Assembly (NCBI GenBank): GCA_963820525.1
Contig: CAWGAA010000003.1
Coordinates: 896,001-960,000, forward strand
Source of the DNA: an uncultured Spirochaetota bacterium
GTDB lineage: Bacteria; Spirochaetota; Spirochaetia; SZUA-6; Fen-1364
Reading direction: 5' to 3'
Length of the DNA stretch: 64,000 nucleotides
Both the position numbers and the translations under genes were made by a program. Within the stretch, counting starts at the first letter, position 1; the number at the start of each line of letters is the position of its first letter. Below, piece after piece: positions 49,825-60,528 of the stretch. The notes under the pieces were generated by a model. That model was not told where the DNA came from and ran no database searches. It saw only the letters and a program-made list of their open reading frames with translations.

Positions 49825-51170
49825 ATGAAGAAGCTCGCCAAAATCGCTTTCCGCAACATCATCAAGAATAGGAAGAGATCCCTGTTTATCGGGCTGGCGA
49901 TATTCATTTCCTGTCTCATTCTCCTTCTCAGCGACGCTTTCGGCAACGGCACGGCGGCCGCCATCATAAACGAATACTATTACCAGCAGGCCGGAGACGT
50001 GGTATTGCTCTGGGAAAAGGCGTTGGAAATCGAAAAAGACAGCCCTTCCCGGATCTATCTTTCACAATTCGAATCTGAAAAGGTCAAGGAGAACAAGAAG
50101 GCGCTTGCCGGCTTAAGCGCGTTTCTGCGGCAGCATGGATCTGAAATCGAGAACAGTTTCCAGGTTGTCAGGCGCGCCGCGGTGGTGGTAACGGCGGAAG
50201 ACATGATCGATGTCAATGTCTATGGATTAAGCCGGGACGAATGGCTTTTTTTAGGGCCGAAAAAGACCGTCAATCTTGAAGAAGGCGCTTTTGAAGCCGA
50301 ACCGGATTCATCGGTTATCGTCAGCCGGCTCATTGCAGACGCCGATAATCTCAAAGTCGGAGATTGGATAACCCTCGAGGTGACAACGGCGTACGGGTCA
50401 AAAACTCGCTGGATTACAGGATATCAGGAATCTACAAGAACGGGGTTCCCTGGAACAATGACTACGTTTACATGTCGGCCCCGGACGCACGGGTGCTCTA
50501 TGATTTCGACCCTGAAGATTTCGATTCAATGCGGATCTATTTGAAGGATCCGGACATAAAAGGGCCTTTCACCCGCGAGCTCAACGCGGCTCTCGGCCTC
50601 GAAAGCAAGGTTCTGCAGGCGCTTGAAGGCCCGGAAGCGAGCTCGTTTTTTACCCGGCAGGCTGAATTCTTCAAAAACATATTCACTTTTTTCGTCGTAT
50701 TCCTGATTACGATCATAGGATTCGGAATTCGCGCAACCGTCAGAATGAATCTGTTCGAACGAATGAGCGAGTTCGGCACTCTTCGCGCCATAGGCTACAA
50801 CAGAATGCAGATTTTTTTCATCATTTTTTGCGAGATCTTCCTGCTGGCGCTTTTCGCTCTGGCGTGCGCGCTTGCCAGCTCAACCGTTATTGTGCTCATA
50901 GCAAGCCGGACAGGCATCCACGTTGGATCCGAGGCGGCAAGCTATCTGTTCGGAGGCGATTACCTCTACCCCATATTCAAGCTCAAAGACGTGCTCTTTG
51001 CCTTCGCCATCATTCTTGTTTTGTCCCTCATGGCGCCGTTCAAGCCGGCGATGAAACTCTCCTGGCAGAAAATAAGCGATATCCTCCAGAAGCGGCAGGA
51101 CCGAAGCCCGCTCACGATCATGATGATAAAAGTTTTTATTTCACGCAGGAAGCGGGCAGCGACGTCATGA
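49825..51170 (+). CDS. Second ABC permease (LolC/E-like) with an apparent frameshift near 50402
   Basis: IAFRNIIKNRKRS N-terminus. One extra A in TCAAAAAC gives YGSKNSLDY and continues to ERMSEFGTLRAIG. Confidence 0.85.
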
Positions 51171-52378
51171 GAAGACTATTCGTGATCTTTTTGTGGACTT
51201 CGATTCTGGCCCAGGCGTTTGCTGAGAATATTTCAGCATACGGTACCGCTCAAGGCAATTTCACGGTGAATTCTTTTCAAAAAGACTCCCCATTGTACGC
51301 AAGCACAATGGGGGACTACAGCCTCGACAATTATATTTTGTTCAATGCCAATGCAAAGCTGTCCGCGGGCGCGGGGGCCTTTGTGGCGATCAATGCCGAC
51401 GTTCTCTTTCAAGAGCTGTTGGCAAGTGAAAACAACCAGGAATTGCAGACAATCGCTCCAACTCTCAACGAAGCTTACCTCAGTGTGCCTATTGCCGATT
51501 TTCTCTTTTTTACCCTGGGCAAAAAGCGCATCGTCTGGGGCACCGGCTTATCCTATAATCCAAGCGATTTCATCAATCCGCCCAAGGATCCGCTCAATCC
51601 GCGGCTGGAAAAGCGCGGCGTCTATTGCGCCATGCTCGAGCTTTTCACGGAAGCCTTGAGCGTTACCCAGGCAGTGGTGCTCTACGATCAGCTTGATCAT
51701 TTCGGTTACGGGACGAAACTCTCCACCTCCAGGCTCATTCCCTCCACGGACGTCTCACTCATCTTCTATTATTCAGATCACGCAAGATTCAATCTCGGAG
51801 CCGCATTCGACTCCACACCCTTCGGGCAGGTTCCGGTATTGGAAAACCTCGCCCTCCATGCCGAGGTGGGCTTCTCTCAAGTCTCGGAACGCCTGGTCTC
51901 CAATAACGATGTGCCTTTTCTCACCGTGCGCGAGTCACGTACTGATTTCTATAAGAACTTTTTGACCGGGCTGCGCTATACCATACCGGGCTGGGAAACG
52001 CTCATCGCGGTCGAATATTTCCATATCGACGACGGATACAGCCCTGCCGAGCTCGACTCGATCCTGAACCATGGATTCATCGCCCAAATCAACTATGAAC
52101 CGGGGCTCATGTGCCGCAATAATCTGATGATTTCGATCATGCAGCAGCAGCTTACCCGGCGTTCCAACGCCTTTACAGACGCTCTCGCTTTTTCCGCCAC
52201 GATGCTTCTCAACCTCGAGGACTCGAGCTTCATCATAACGGCGAAGATTGAAAGCTCCATAATTACAAACTGCCTGTTCGCCCTGGAAGCCGGATACTTC
52301 GCCGGCGGAAACGCGACTGAATACCGCATCTCCCCTAGGGAATTTTACGTCGGATTTTCAACAACTGTCGGGTTTTAG
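51167..52378 (+). CDS. Predicted outer-membrane beta-barrel protein
   Basis: Signal peptide, EAY, LGKKRIVWGTG..NPSD and C-terminal Phe. Confidence 0.7.
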   Translation: MRRLFVIFLWTSILAQAFAENISAYGTAQGNFTVNSFQKDSPLYASTMGDYSLDNYILFNANAKLSAGAGAFVAINADVLFQELLASENNQELQTIAPTLNEAYLSVPIADFLFFTLGKKRIVWGTGLSYNPSDFINPPKDPLNPRLEKRGVYCAMLELFTEALSVTQAVVLYDQLDHFGYGTKLSTSRLIPSTDVSLIFYYSDHARFNLGAAFDSTPFGQVPVLENLALHAEVGFSQVSERLVSNNDVPFLTVRESRTDFYKNFLTGLRYTIPGWETLIAVEYFHIDDGYSPAELDSILNHGFIAQINYEPGLMCRNNLMISIMQQQLTRRSNAFTDALAFSATMLLNLEDSSFIITAKIESSIITNCLFALEAGYFAGGNATEYRISPREFYVGFSTTVGF

Positions 52379-53262
52379 GGGGTCGCGGTTTCCAAGAACT
52401 CCATTATTCTCTTATCCACAAGTTCAGGACGATCCATGGTGAGCGCATGCCCGGCGTCCGGAATGATTTCAGCGGTAATATCAGGAATCAACCGCCTGGC
52501 TCTTTCAATGCTTTTGCCGTCGTTAATGACATCATGATCCCCGATCAGCAATAATACCGGCAAATCCAGCGATTTCAGCTCGTCATCGGTGAACAGAGCC
52601 GGGGTGACGCCGATACCGGCCTTCAGATTGAAATATTTCACGGCTTTGAGATGCTGGTCGGTGAACGTCTTATCGTTTTTTTGCAGATTGACGGAAACGC
52701 TGTTTAGTATCCTATCAATAATTCTTTTTGTCGGGAACACCATGAGACGAAGGACATCCTTGATGAAGCCTGAGCTGGGAAAGGTGAATGTTACCGCCGG
52801 GCTCAGCAGCGCAATTCTGCTGACCCTGTTTCTGGAAAAAAGCGCCAGGTTGATTGCAAGCCATCCTCCGCGTGACAAACCGACGACTGCGGTTTTCTCA
52901 ATATGAAAATGGTCGAATATCCCGGTCAGCCAATCGGCCAGTTCCTTTCTGCTCTTGATTTGCCTGTCCGGAACGCTCTTCCCCGGCTCAATGATGGAAT
53001 CGATTGCGTAGACACGGTATTTGCAGGCCAAGTCCTTGATATTCGGATACCACATGGTCGAGCTGGCGTCCAGGCCATGCAGCAGGATCAGTGGTTCCGA
53101 ATTTTCCGGCCCGCTGATGATGATATGTGTTGTACCAAAGCTGGTTTTGACATCCGCTTCCATATAGGGAACAGGCCATAGCGCAAGCGTCTTCTCATAC
53201 GCTTCCAGGTATTCTCGTTCACCTTTCTCTGATTTGAATAGCGAGTAAGGTTTTTTGCTCAT
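52375..53262 (-). CDS. Alpha/beta hydrolase (carboxylesterase-like)
   Basis: LLHG, GLSRGG, GDHD and AGH motifs. Confidence 0.9.
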   Translation of the reverse strand: MSKKPYSLFKSEKGEREYLEAYEKTLALWPVPYMEADVKTSFGTTHIIISGPENSEPLILLHGLDASSTMWYPNIKDLACKYRVYAIDSIIEPGKSVPDRQIKSRKELADWLTGIFDHFHIEKTAVVGLSRGGWLAINLALFSRNRVSRIALLSPAVTFTFPSSGFIKDVLRLMVFPTKRIIDRILNSVSVNLQKNDKTFTDQHLKAVKYFNLKAGIGVTPALFTDDELKSLDLPVLLLIGDHDVINDGKSIERARRLIPDITAEIIPDAGHALTMDRPELVDKRIMEFLETATP

Positions 53263-53353
53263 GACTTCGCGGCCCCCCTACTATAGCCTCGCTTGGCCCG
53301 GGATGACAACGGCGGCCCTTGCCTCGATTCGCCTTCGGCACTATGGTGCAGCC

Positions 53354-54652
53354 ATGATCCGCCCGACCCCCTCGAAGCTGCGTTCGGCCTCGATCTACCA
53401 GATTTTCACCAGGAATTTCAGCAAGGAAGGCACTCTCCAGGCCGCCGCCTCCCGCCTTGCTGATGTGAAGCAGCTCGGCTTCGACTATGTATACCTCACA
53501 CCGGTCCACCCCATCGGCAGGCAACGGCGCAAGGGGAGCCTGGGCAGTCCCTACGCGATAGCGGATTACCGCTCAGTGGATCCCCTCCTCGGCGGTGAGG
53601 AGGGCTTGCGGCTCTTCATCGATCGAGCGCACGAGCTCGATCTCGGGGTAGTCATGGACGTGGTCTACAACCATACCTCGCCGGATTCGCTCCTCATGAA
53701 GAAGCACCCTTCCTGGTTCTGGAAAGGCCCGGACGGCACGCCGGGGCCGCGCATCGCGGACTGGTCTGACGTCGCAGACCTCGACTACTCGAACCGCGCG
53801 CTTTGGGACTACCAGATCGAGAGCCTCGAGGCCTGGGCGCGGTTCGGCGCCGACGGCTTCCGCTGCGATGTCGCGAGCCTGGTCCCCGTCGAGTTTTGGA
53901 TCGAGGCGAGGCGCCGGCTGTCCGGCGTGAAAGAGCTCCTCTGGCTCGCCGAGAGCGTTCACAAGGAGTTCGTCATCGAGCTCCGACGCCGCGGTCTCTA
54001 CGCCGCCTCAGACCCGGAGCTCCACGCGGCCTTCGACCTGACCTACGACTACGACGGCCGCGAGGAGCTGGAGGCGGCCTGGAAGGGCGAGAGCTCGCTC
54101 TCGTCCTACTTGAAGCACCTTCAGACACAGGAGGCCCTCTATCCCGAGCGCGCGGTCAAGCTTCGCTTCCTCGAGAACCACGACCAGGCGAGAGCTGCCT
54201 CGCGCTTCGGGACGGGAGCGCGCCTCCGCAATTGGACTCTGTTCACGATGCTCCTTCCCGGGACCTTCATGGCCTACATGGGCCAGGAGCTCGCGATGGA
54301 CAGGAGAATCGATCTCTTCGACGCTAAACCCATCCTCCCCGGCGAAGGGGACGGCTCCTTCAAGCCCTTCTTCGCGAAGGCCCTTTCAGTCACGCGGGAA
54401 ATCAAGGAATCCGCGCCACTTTTCGACGCCCGCCTCCTTGCCGAAGGCCTCGTCCTTATCCAGAGGCGCTCACGCAGCCAGGCCGGCGGAGGCTATGCCG
54501 TCCTCCTCAACCTCGACGGCCGCTCGGGCAGACTCAACCTTCCCGAGCTCGCCGCGATGCGCGGCGAAGACCTGATCTCCGGCTTGCCGGCCGAAATGGG
54601 ACCTTCCCTGGAGATAGGCCCCGAGCCGCTTGTTATCAGGGTGGCTTCCTGA
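53354..54652 (+). CDS. GH13 alpha-amylase family glycoside hydrolase
   Basis: DVVYNH, GFRCDVA, LAE and FLENHD conserved regions. Confidence 0.93.
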   Translation: MIRPTPSKLRSASIYQIFTRNFSKEGTLQAAASRLADVKQLGFDYVYLTPVHPIGRQRRKGSLGSPYAIADYRSVDPLLGGEEGLRLFIDRAHELDLGVVMDVVYNHTSPDSLLMKKHPSWFWKGPDGTPGPRIADWSDVADLDYSNRALWDYQIESLEAWARFGADGFRCDVASLVPVEFWIEARRRLSGVKELLWLAESVHKEFVIELRRRGLYAASDPELHAAFDLTYDYDGREELEAAWKGESSLSSYLKHLQTQEALYPERAVKLRFLENHDQARAASRFGTGARLRNWTLFTMLLPGTFMAYMGQELAMDRRIDLFDAKPILPGEGDGSFKPFFAKALSVTREIKESAPLFDARLLAEGLVLIQRRSRSQAGGGYAVLLNLDGRSGRLNLPELAAMRGEDLISGLPAEMGPSLEIGPEPLVIRVAS

Positions 54653-55484
54653 ACCTCTCCGCGGCGCGAAGCACGGAGAGCGCATCGACGGTAACGAAGG
54701 GATTGGACACTCTCCTGCCGATCGGACCCCACTCTGCGAAACTCCCCCTGGTTACAAAGGTGTTGGATGTCCTACAGTTCCCCGTTTCCACGGGGAATCC
54801 GCCGTCGGGAAGTTGTTTCGAGGCAAGCAGGTCGAGTGCGTCCGCGCATCGGTCATCAGTCACCAGCCCGATCTCGGTCATGACCATAAGGGCGAAGAGA
54901 ACGTCATAGAAACGGATGGGATAGTGGATCCTGGTTATATCGCCACCCCATGCCGGCCGTATGAGAGCACCGTCACGCATCCGATAGAGCAGCTTACGCT
55001 TGAGGAGAAAACTCACAGTCTTCCGTGCGCAATCTATGGCAGCACCGTAGTCAAATGTGCGGCCGTACAGCATCAACGCTCGAAGAGGGATCAGGGTCTC
55101 AATGACCGATGAGCTTCGGGCATCCGGCCGTTTGTCACAGTTCCACCCCCCGTCGGGCCACTGCAGATCTATGAGCCGGTCCACAAAGAGCCTTGTGCGG
55201 TCATCGACAAGCCCCAGGACCATCGAGTACCAGATGGCGTTGCCTTCCTGGGAGGCGCAGCGCCGCACCCGGTCCTCCTGGCCGGGTATCCTCAGGCTCC
55301 GCGGGAATTGCATGTGCTCCGGAGCAAGCAGCCATTCATACACCTGATCGCGCAGCGGCCGGAGCGTTTCGTCCCCCGGCGGATAGTCGATCAGGGCGAG
55401 GCTGTAGAGTATCCAGTGAGGCCCTTGCCACTTCTTGTAGGGGTTTGCGGGAATCGTGCCGTCCGGGCCGCGGTGACTCGACAA
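54636..55484 (-). pseudogene. Prenyltransferase/squalene-cyclase-repeat-like protein, probably N-terminally truncated
   Basis: QWPDGGW and QLPDGGF repeats; in-frame stops lie just upstream and there is no clear RBS. Confidence 0.55.
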
Positions 55485-55691
55485 GTCTTTCGGCGATCAC
55501 CCGTATTTACCCTACTGATTGCCCTGATGGTAACGTTCCAATGTTGCCATTGTCAACAAAAAGCGTGCAGAGAGAGCTCGGAACAGCCTCAAGCTTTTCG
55601 CTTCACTCCGGATTGGAGTCTTGAGTACCTTATTCAAGTTATCACCATCGCCGATCTTCGGCGTTACAAGGATTTGAAGGAGACTTCACGA

Positions 55692-57107
55692 ATGAGTGAA
55701 GGCGCAAGTATTTTCATGGAGCCGCACATTGATAATAAGCGGTGGTGGGCGCTCATTGGCGCATCTCTTGCCGTATTCATGGCCGCGCTCGACGGCAATG
55801 TCGTCAATGTCGCGCTTCCGATCATGGCGCAGATGTTTCACGTCACCAGGGACATCCGGTGGGTTTCCCTGAGCTATTTTCTTCCAACGACTGCTTTCTT
55901 GGGGATATTCGGCGCCCTCTCGGACCTCGTAGGTCGGAAGCGGGTGATCCTTGCGGGGGTCCTGCTTTTCATTGCCGGAAGCGTTCTCTGCGGGACCGCG
56001 GGATCACTCGGGCAGATGATACTGTACAGGGTGATCCAGGGGATCGGTGGATCGTGCATCGGCTCCGCGATAATAGCAATCGCGACGGTCAATTTTGCGC
56101 CCAAGGAGAGGGGAAGGTCGATGGCCGTGATAGGCCTGATCGCACCCCTGGGCGCCGTCGTGGGACCGGGCGTTGGAGGATTGCTCATCGGCGCCCTTGG
56201 CTGGCCCGCGATTTTTTTCATCAACGTGCCTTTTGGCATTATTTCTTTCCTCCTGATCGCGCGGCTGCTCCCGAAAGACCAGCCCGGGCAGGGGCACGGT
56301 TTCGACGTGCCCGGAGCCGTTCTCTTCTCCGCGGCGCTTTTCTTGCTTCTTTTGGGGCTTGCCCCCGGAGCCAATGGGTTGAGCATGCTCGACTATGTTC
56401 TCCTGGCGGGCTCGGCGGCGGCCGTGCTCGGCTTCCTGGCCGTGGAACGCAAAGCGCGTTTTCCCCTCGTGCCGCTGTCGCTTCTGCGCCGGAGCCGGTT
56501 CTCGATCCCCCTTGCCGGGATCTTGACCTCTTCTATCGTGGGAATCGGCCTCGGATTCATCATGCCCTTTTTTCTGGAAGAGACTCTCCGTTTCGATCCG
56601 GAGCACGCGGGGCTCACGCTGCTGTTCTTTCCGCTCGCGATGGCGCTGGCCTCCCAGGCGGCCGGGCGGCTCACGGACCGCTTCAATCCCATCCTGCCAG
56701 CATCCATCGGGGCGGCGACCTGCCTTTTCGGGCTCTTGATGCTCTTGCCCCTGGACAGCCACTGGCGGATGGCTGACGTGGCGCTGCGGTTTGCCATTGG
56801 AGGTTTCGGCACGGGGCTTTTTCTTTCTCCAAGCAGCGTCGCGGTCATGGCTGCCGCTCCTCCTGAGCACATCGGAGTCGGAGGGGCTCTCACGAATACC
56901 GCGCGCTACCTCGGCTTTGCCCTCGGGCCCACGTTGGCAACGATATTCTGGAACCCCGGCCTTCACGGCGCCGCGAGCGTCTCCGCCATGCGCGTTGTGT
57001 TGTTCATCCTGGCCGCCATCCAGGCCGCGACGCTCGCCACGGTGCTGAGCTACAGGGTGGAGAGGAAGGACGTTTCGACCCGGCCGCGCATTGAATCGGC
57101 CCTTTGA
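55692..57107 (+). CDS. MFS transporter (DHA2-like)
   Basis: LDGNVVNVALP, GALSDLVGRK and WPAIFFINVP motifs. Confidence 0.9.
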   Translation: MSEGASIFMEPHIDNKRWWALIGASLAVFMAALDGNVVNVALPIMAQMFHVTRDIRWVSLSYFLPTTAFLGIFGALSDLVGRKRVILAGVLLFIAGSVLCGTAGSLGQMILYRVIQGIGGSCIGSAIIAIATVNFAPKERGRSMAVIGLIAPLGAVVGPGVGGLLIGALGWPAIFFINVPFGIISFLLIARLLPKDQPGQGHGFDVPGAVLFSAALFLLLLGLAPGANGLSMLDYVLLAGSAAAVLGFLAVERKARFPLVPLSLLRRSRFSIPLAGILTSSIVGIGLGFIMPFFLEETLRFDPEHAGLTLLFFPLAMALASQAAGRLTDRFNPILPASIGAATCLFGLLMLLPLDSHWRMADVALRFAIGGFGTGLFLSPSSVAVMAAAPPEHIGVGGALTNTARYLGFALGPTLATIFWNPGLHGAASVSAMRVVLFILAAIQAATLATVLSYRVERKDVSTRPRIESAL

Positions 57108-57281
57108 TCGCTACGCGATCCCTGCCAAAAACTCCTTCGCCTTCTCCTCACTGTCGCACACCTTGAGGTCAATTATCGGTGCGCTTTCTGCCAGGGACGG
57201 GCGAGCCTGGCTGTGCCGCTAAACCCTCCGCCGGCGGGGGAGGCCCACACGCCTCTGTCGCCAAGTCCCCGACGCGATGTT

Positions 57282-58698
57282 TCACGTCCGCCCCAAGCGG
57301 CCGCGTAGGCCGCGGCTGAGAATCGCCACCCCTTCTTCGATCTGTCCGGCGCTCAGCATCCCATAGCCGAAAATGAGGGTGTCCTCGAAGCGCCCTTTTC
57401 GGATTGCGTGGTCTTCCACCGGATAGAGCCCGACGCCGCCCGCCTCGATCCTGCTTATGAGCTCGGGGGTGAAGCAAACGCCGTGAAACCTGGCGCAGAG
57501 ATGCAGCCCAGCGGGGCTTCCCAGCACCTCCACCGCATCTCCAAGATGACGGACAAGGGATTCGACCAGGGTCTTGCGCCGCGCCTGATAGATCTTCTTC
57601 ATGACATGCACGTACCTGGCGAAATGACCGTCTGCAATGAAGCGGGCAAGCACGAGCTGCTCAACCGAAGAGTTGTGCAGGTCTGTGAACCATTTGACCT
57701 CCCTCCCCCGGTTGACCAGCTCCGGGGGAAGCACGATGTATCCGATCCTGATTGACGGGCAGAGGGTCTTGCTGAAGGTGCCGATGTATACCACCCGGCT
57801 CGGATCCAAGCCCTGGATAGAGCCGATGGGCGGGGAGTCGTACCTGAACTCGCTGTCGTAGTCGTCCTCCACGACGAACGCACCGAGCGCGCTCGCGCGT
57901 TCCAAAAGTCGAACCCGCCTTTGGATGGGCATCGTGGCGCCCAGGGGAAACTGATGGGAAGGAGTCACGTAGATGAATGCGTGACGCGCATTCCTGGGCA
58001 GCGCATCGATCTCCATGCCATGAGCGTCCACGGGCGCGGCCGCGATCCTTGCGCCGTTTGCGGCCACGATGCGCTGGATGTCCGAGGTGATCGGATCTTC
58101 AAGCACGCAGCTGCCGCGGCCGCCCAAAAGCAGGAGCCTGCTCACGATCCCCACCGCCTGCGTCGTTCCCGCGGTCACGATGATCTGCTCCGGGTGGCAG
58201 CGGACCCCGCGCTGGGCCGCGATGGAACGGGAGATCTCGGCTCGAAGCTCCGGGCGGCCCTCGGGCTGGCCGTAGGAGAGGTCAAGCGGTGTGAGCTTCT
58301 CCCACACCTCCCGGCTCAACCGCTGCCAGGTTCCTCACGGGGAAGCGGCTCAGCTCAGGCAGGCCGGAGCGAAAATCAATGCGGTCGGTGCGCAGCGGCC
58401 GAAAACCCCTTTGCCGTATGCTTGAAATGTCCGGCATCGGGGTGGGTGAAAATGACGCGCCCGCCGCCACAAAGCTTCCCGAGCCTGCCCGGCTCTCGAG
58501 GTACCCCTCGGCCAGGAGCTGGTCGTAGGCGTTCATGACGATATTGCGGGAGACCTTGAGCTCGCGCGCCGTCTCCCTGGTGGAAGCGAGGCGCTCCCCT
58601 GGAGGGAGCGCTCCAGAGAGGATCAGGTCCCGCAGACGCGTGTAGATCTGGCGGGTGAGCGGCTCCCGGGCGTTCCTGTCCACTGCAAGGAACGACAT
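57282..58698 (-). CDS. MocR/GabR PLP-dependent GntR regulator with an apparent frameshift near 58331
   Basis: GntR HTH STRETARELKVSRN; TPSHQFP, EDDYD and TFSK motifs. Removing one A from AGGAACC joins the two ORFs. Confidence 0.88.
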
Positions 58699-58711
58699 TT
58701 TCTGCCCCTCC

Positions 58712-58759
58712 AAGTGGCTCCATCGATTATTCATATAAGTGGCGCTACTGTAAACCAGT
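58712..58759. promoter_or_regulatory. Putative MocR binding boxes
   Basis: AAGTGGC direct repeats at 58712 and 58737 plus an inverted CCAGT at 58755, between the divergent mocR and eamA genes. Confidence 0.5.
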
Positions 58760-58784
58760 CTTTTCCTCCAATATTTCAAGCGCC

Positions 58785-59753
58785 ATGAGTGAGATGCCAA
58801 TGAGGGAGGAGGCGCGGGGTCCTCACCGGAGGGGCAGCGAGAGGACATTCGAGGAGGAGGCGCTCGCCCTTCACCGCAGCAGGAGCGAGCTGTGGGGACT
58901 GCTGGAGATCACGCTCGCCATGACGCTGGCCGGAAGCACCGTCGTTGTCGGCAAGATCCTGTCCGTGCGCGTTCCCGTGTTCCTCTCCGCGGAGCTTTCC
59001 CTCTGCGCCGCCTTCCTCGCGGTGCTTCCCGCGCAAGTGGCTCACTGGCGGGAGCTCCGCCTTTTGGGCGCGCGAGAGCTCGGCTACATGCTCCTCCAGG
59101 CCCTCTTCGGCATCGTGCTCTTCCGAGCGCTCACGCTCTATGGCCTGCGCTTCACGTCCGCGGTCCACGCGGGGCTTGTCACGAGCGCAGCCCCGGCGCT
59201 GATGGCCGTTTTCGCGGGCGTGTTTCTCAAGGAGCGAATCGGCGGCCGCGGTCTTGTCGGGATAGGTTTCACAATGGCCGGCCTTCTCGCCATCAACCTC
59301 CCCGGGCTCCTCGGAACACCGCAGCCGGGCTTCCTGATGGGAGATCTTTTGGTCCTCGGCGCGACTGCGTGCGAGGCGTTTCTGACGATCTTCAGAAAAT
59401 CCTCGGGAGGGCGAATCGGCTCCGTCACCAATACGACGGTCCTGGTTGCGATGAGCGCCGTGATCCTCCTTCCTTTCGCCATCTTGGACCTCCGAGCCTT
59501 CCGCCTTCAGGCGATCGACCTTGCGGGATGGATTTCAGTTCTCTATTATGGAGCGGTTGCCACGGTCATTGCATATATTCTCTGGGGCGACGGAGCGCTT
59601 CGGATTCCGGCCAGCAGGACGGGGATTGCCTCGGCTGCCTTGTCGGTGAGCGCTCTTGTTCTGTCCGCGCTCATCCTGGGAGAAAGGCTTGACGCCGTGC
59701 TCGTGACAGGATGCTCCTTGGTCGTAGCGGGCATCGTGATAGCGAGGAAATAA
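58785..59753 (+). CDS. DMT/EamA family transporter
   Basis: About 10 TM segments; FLKERI and LGERL repeat ends. Confidence 0.9.
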   Translation: MSEMPMREEARGPHRRGSERTFEEEALALHRSRSELWGLLEITLAMTLAGSTVVVGKILSVRVPVFLSAELSLCAAFLAVLPAQVAHWRELRLLGARELGYMLLQALFGIVLFRALTLYGLRFTSAVHAGLVTSAAPALMAVFAGVFLKERIGGRGLVGIGFTMAGLLAINLPGLLGTPQPGFLMGDLLVLGATACEAFLTIFRKSSGGRIGSVTNTTVLVAMSAVILLPFAILDLRAFRLQAIDLAGWISVLYYGAVATVIAYILWGDGALRIPASRTGIASAALSVSALVLSALILGERLDAVLVTGCSLVVAGIVIARK

Positions 59754-59770
59754 GAAGGAGGATGCAGGAG

Positions 59771-60442
59771 ATGATGAACGTCTCACAGAGCTGGAAGGAC
59801 GCCTACCCCGGAGCGGTCATTGGATTGCTCGTCATGCACGGCGCCAGGAATCCCACCGGCCATGCCGGGCTTGAAGATCTCAAGACGAAGCTGGAAGGCG
59901 AGCTGCGCGAGCGTTTCATGGCCGGCAGCAAGGAGGCGCTGAAAGCCGAGCCGGCCATGGCTGCATACATTGGCTATTATAGAAAATTCAAAAAAAGCTA
60001 CCACGTCGCCCTGCAGCTCGAATCCATCATCTGGAAAGGGCGCTCGATCCCATCCGTGAGCTCCCTGGTGGAAGCGATGTTCATGGCCGAGCTGAAGAAC
60101 ATGCTCCTCACCGCGGGTCACGATCTGGGTGCGCTTTCCCTCCCCCTAACGATAGACGTTGCTGCGGGAACCGAGCGCTACACGACGATGCGGGGAGAGG
60201 AGCAGGTCCTCAAGGCGGGTGACATGCGGATCAGTGACTCAGGGGGAATAATCTCCTGTATCCTCTACGGTCCGGATCAGCGCACGAGGATTTCAGAGCG
60301 GACGAGGGACGTTGTATTCACGGTCTACGCGCCGGCAGGCGTTGGAGATCAGAGGGTCCGCGCGCATCTCGAGGACATCCAGGGCTTCGTCAGGGTTGTC
60401 TCCCCGGATGCCGCAACGGAGCGCCTGGAGATTTTTTCGTGA
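59771..60442 (+). CDS. Stand-alone B3/4 (PheRS beta editing-like) domain protein
   Basis: IPSVSSLVE, GHDL, D.GG and RTRIS.RT patterns. Confidence 0.8.
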   Translation: MMNVSQSWKDAYPGAVIGLLVMHGARNPTGHAGLEDLKTKLEGELRERFMAGSKEALKAEPAMAAYIGYYRKFKKSYHVALQLESIIWKGRSIPSVSSLVEAMFMAELKNMLLTAGHDLGALSLPLTIDVAAGTERYTTMRGEEQVLKAGDMRISDSGGIISCILYGPDQRTRISERTRDVVFTVYAPAGVGDQRVRAHLEDIQGFVRVVSPDAATERLEIFS

Positions 60443-60528
60443 AATGAGCCGCTGGCGGCGGCCCATCTCAGCAGGCTGAGCGTCAGATGGTTGACGGATG
60501 CCGCGGCGGATCGTAGGATGGTTCCCCT

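Noticed and set aside
50395..50410. Programmed frameshift in the ABC permease
   Set aside because: No canonical slippery heptamer or downstream stimulator seen; a homopolymer indel is the simpler explanation.
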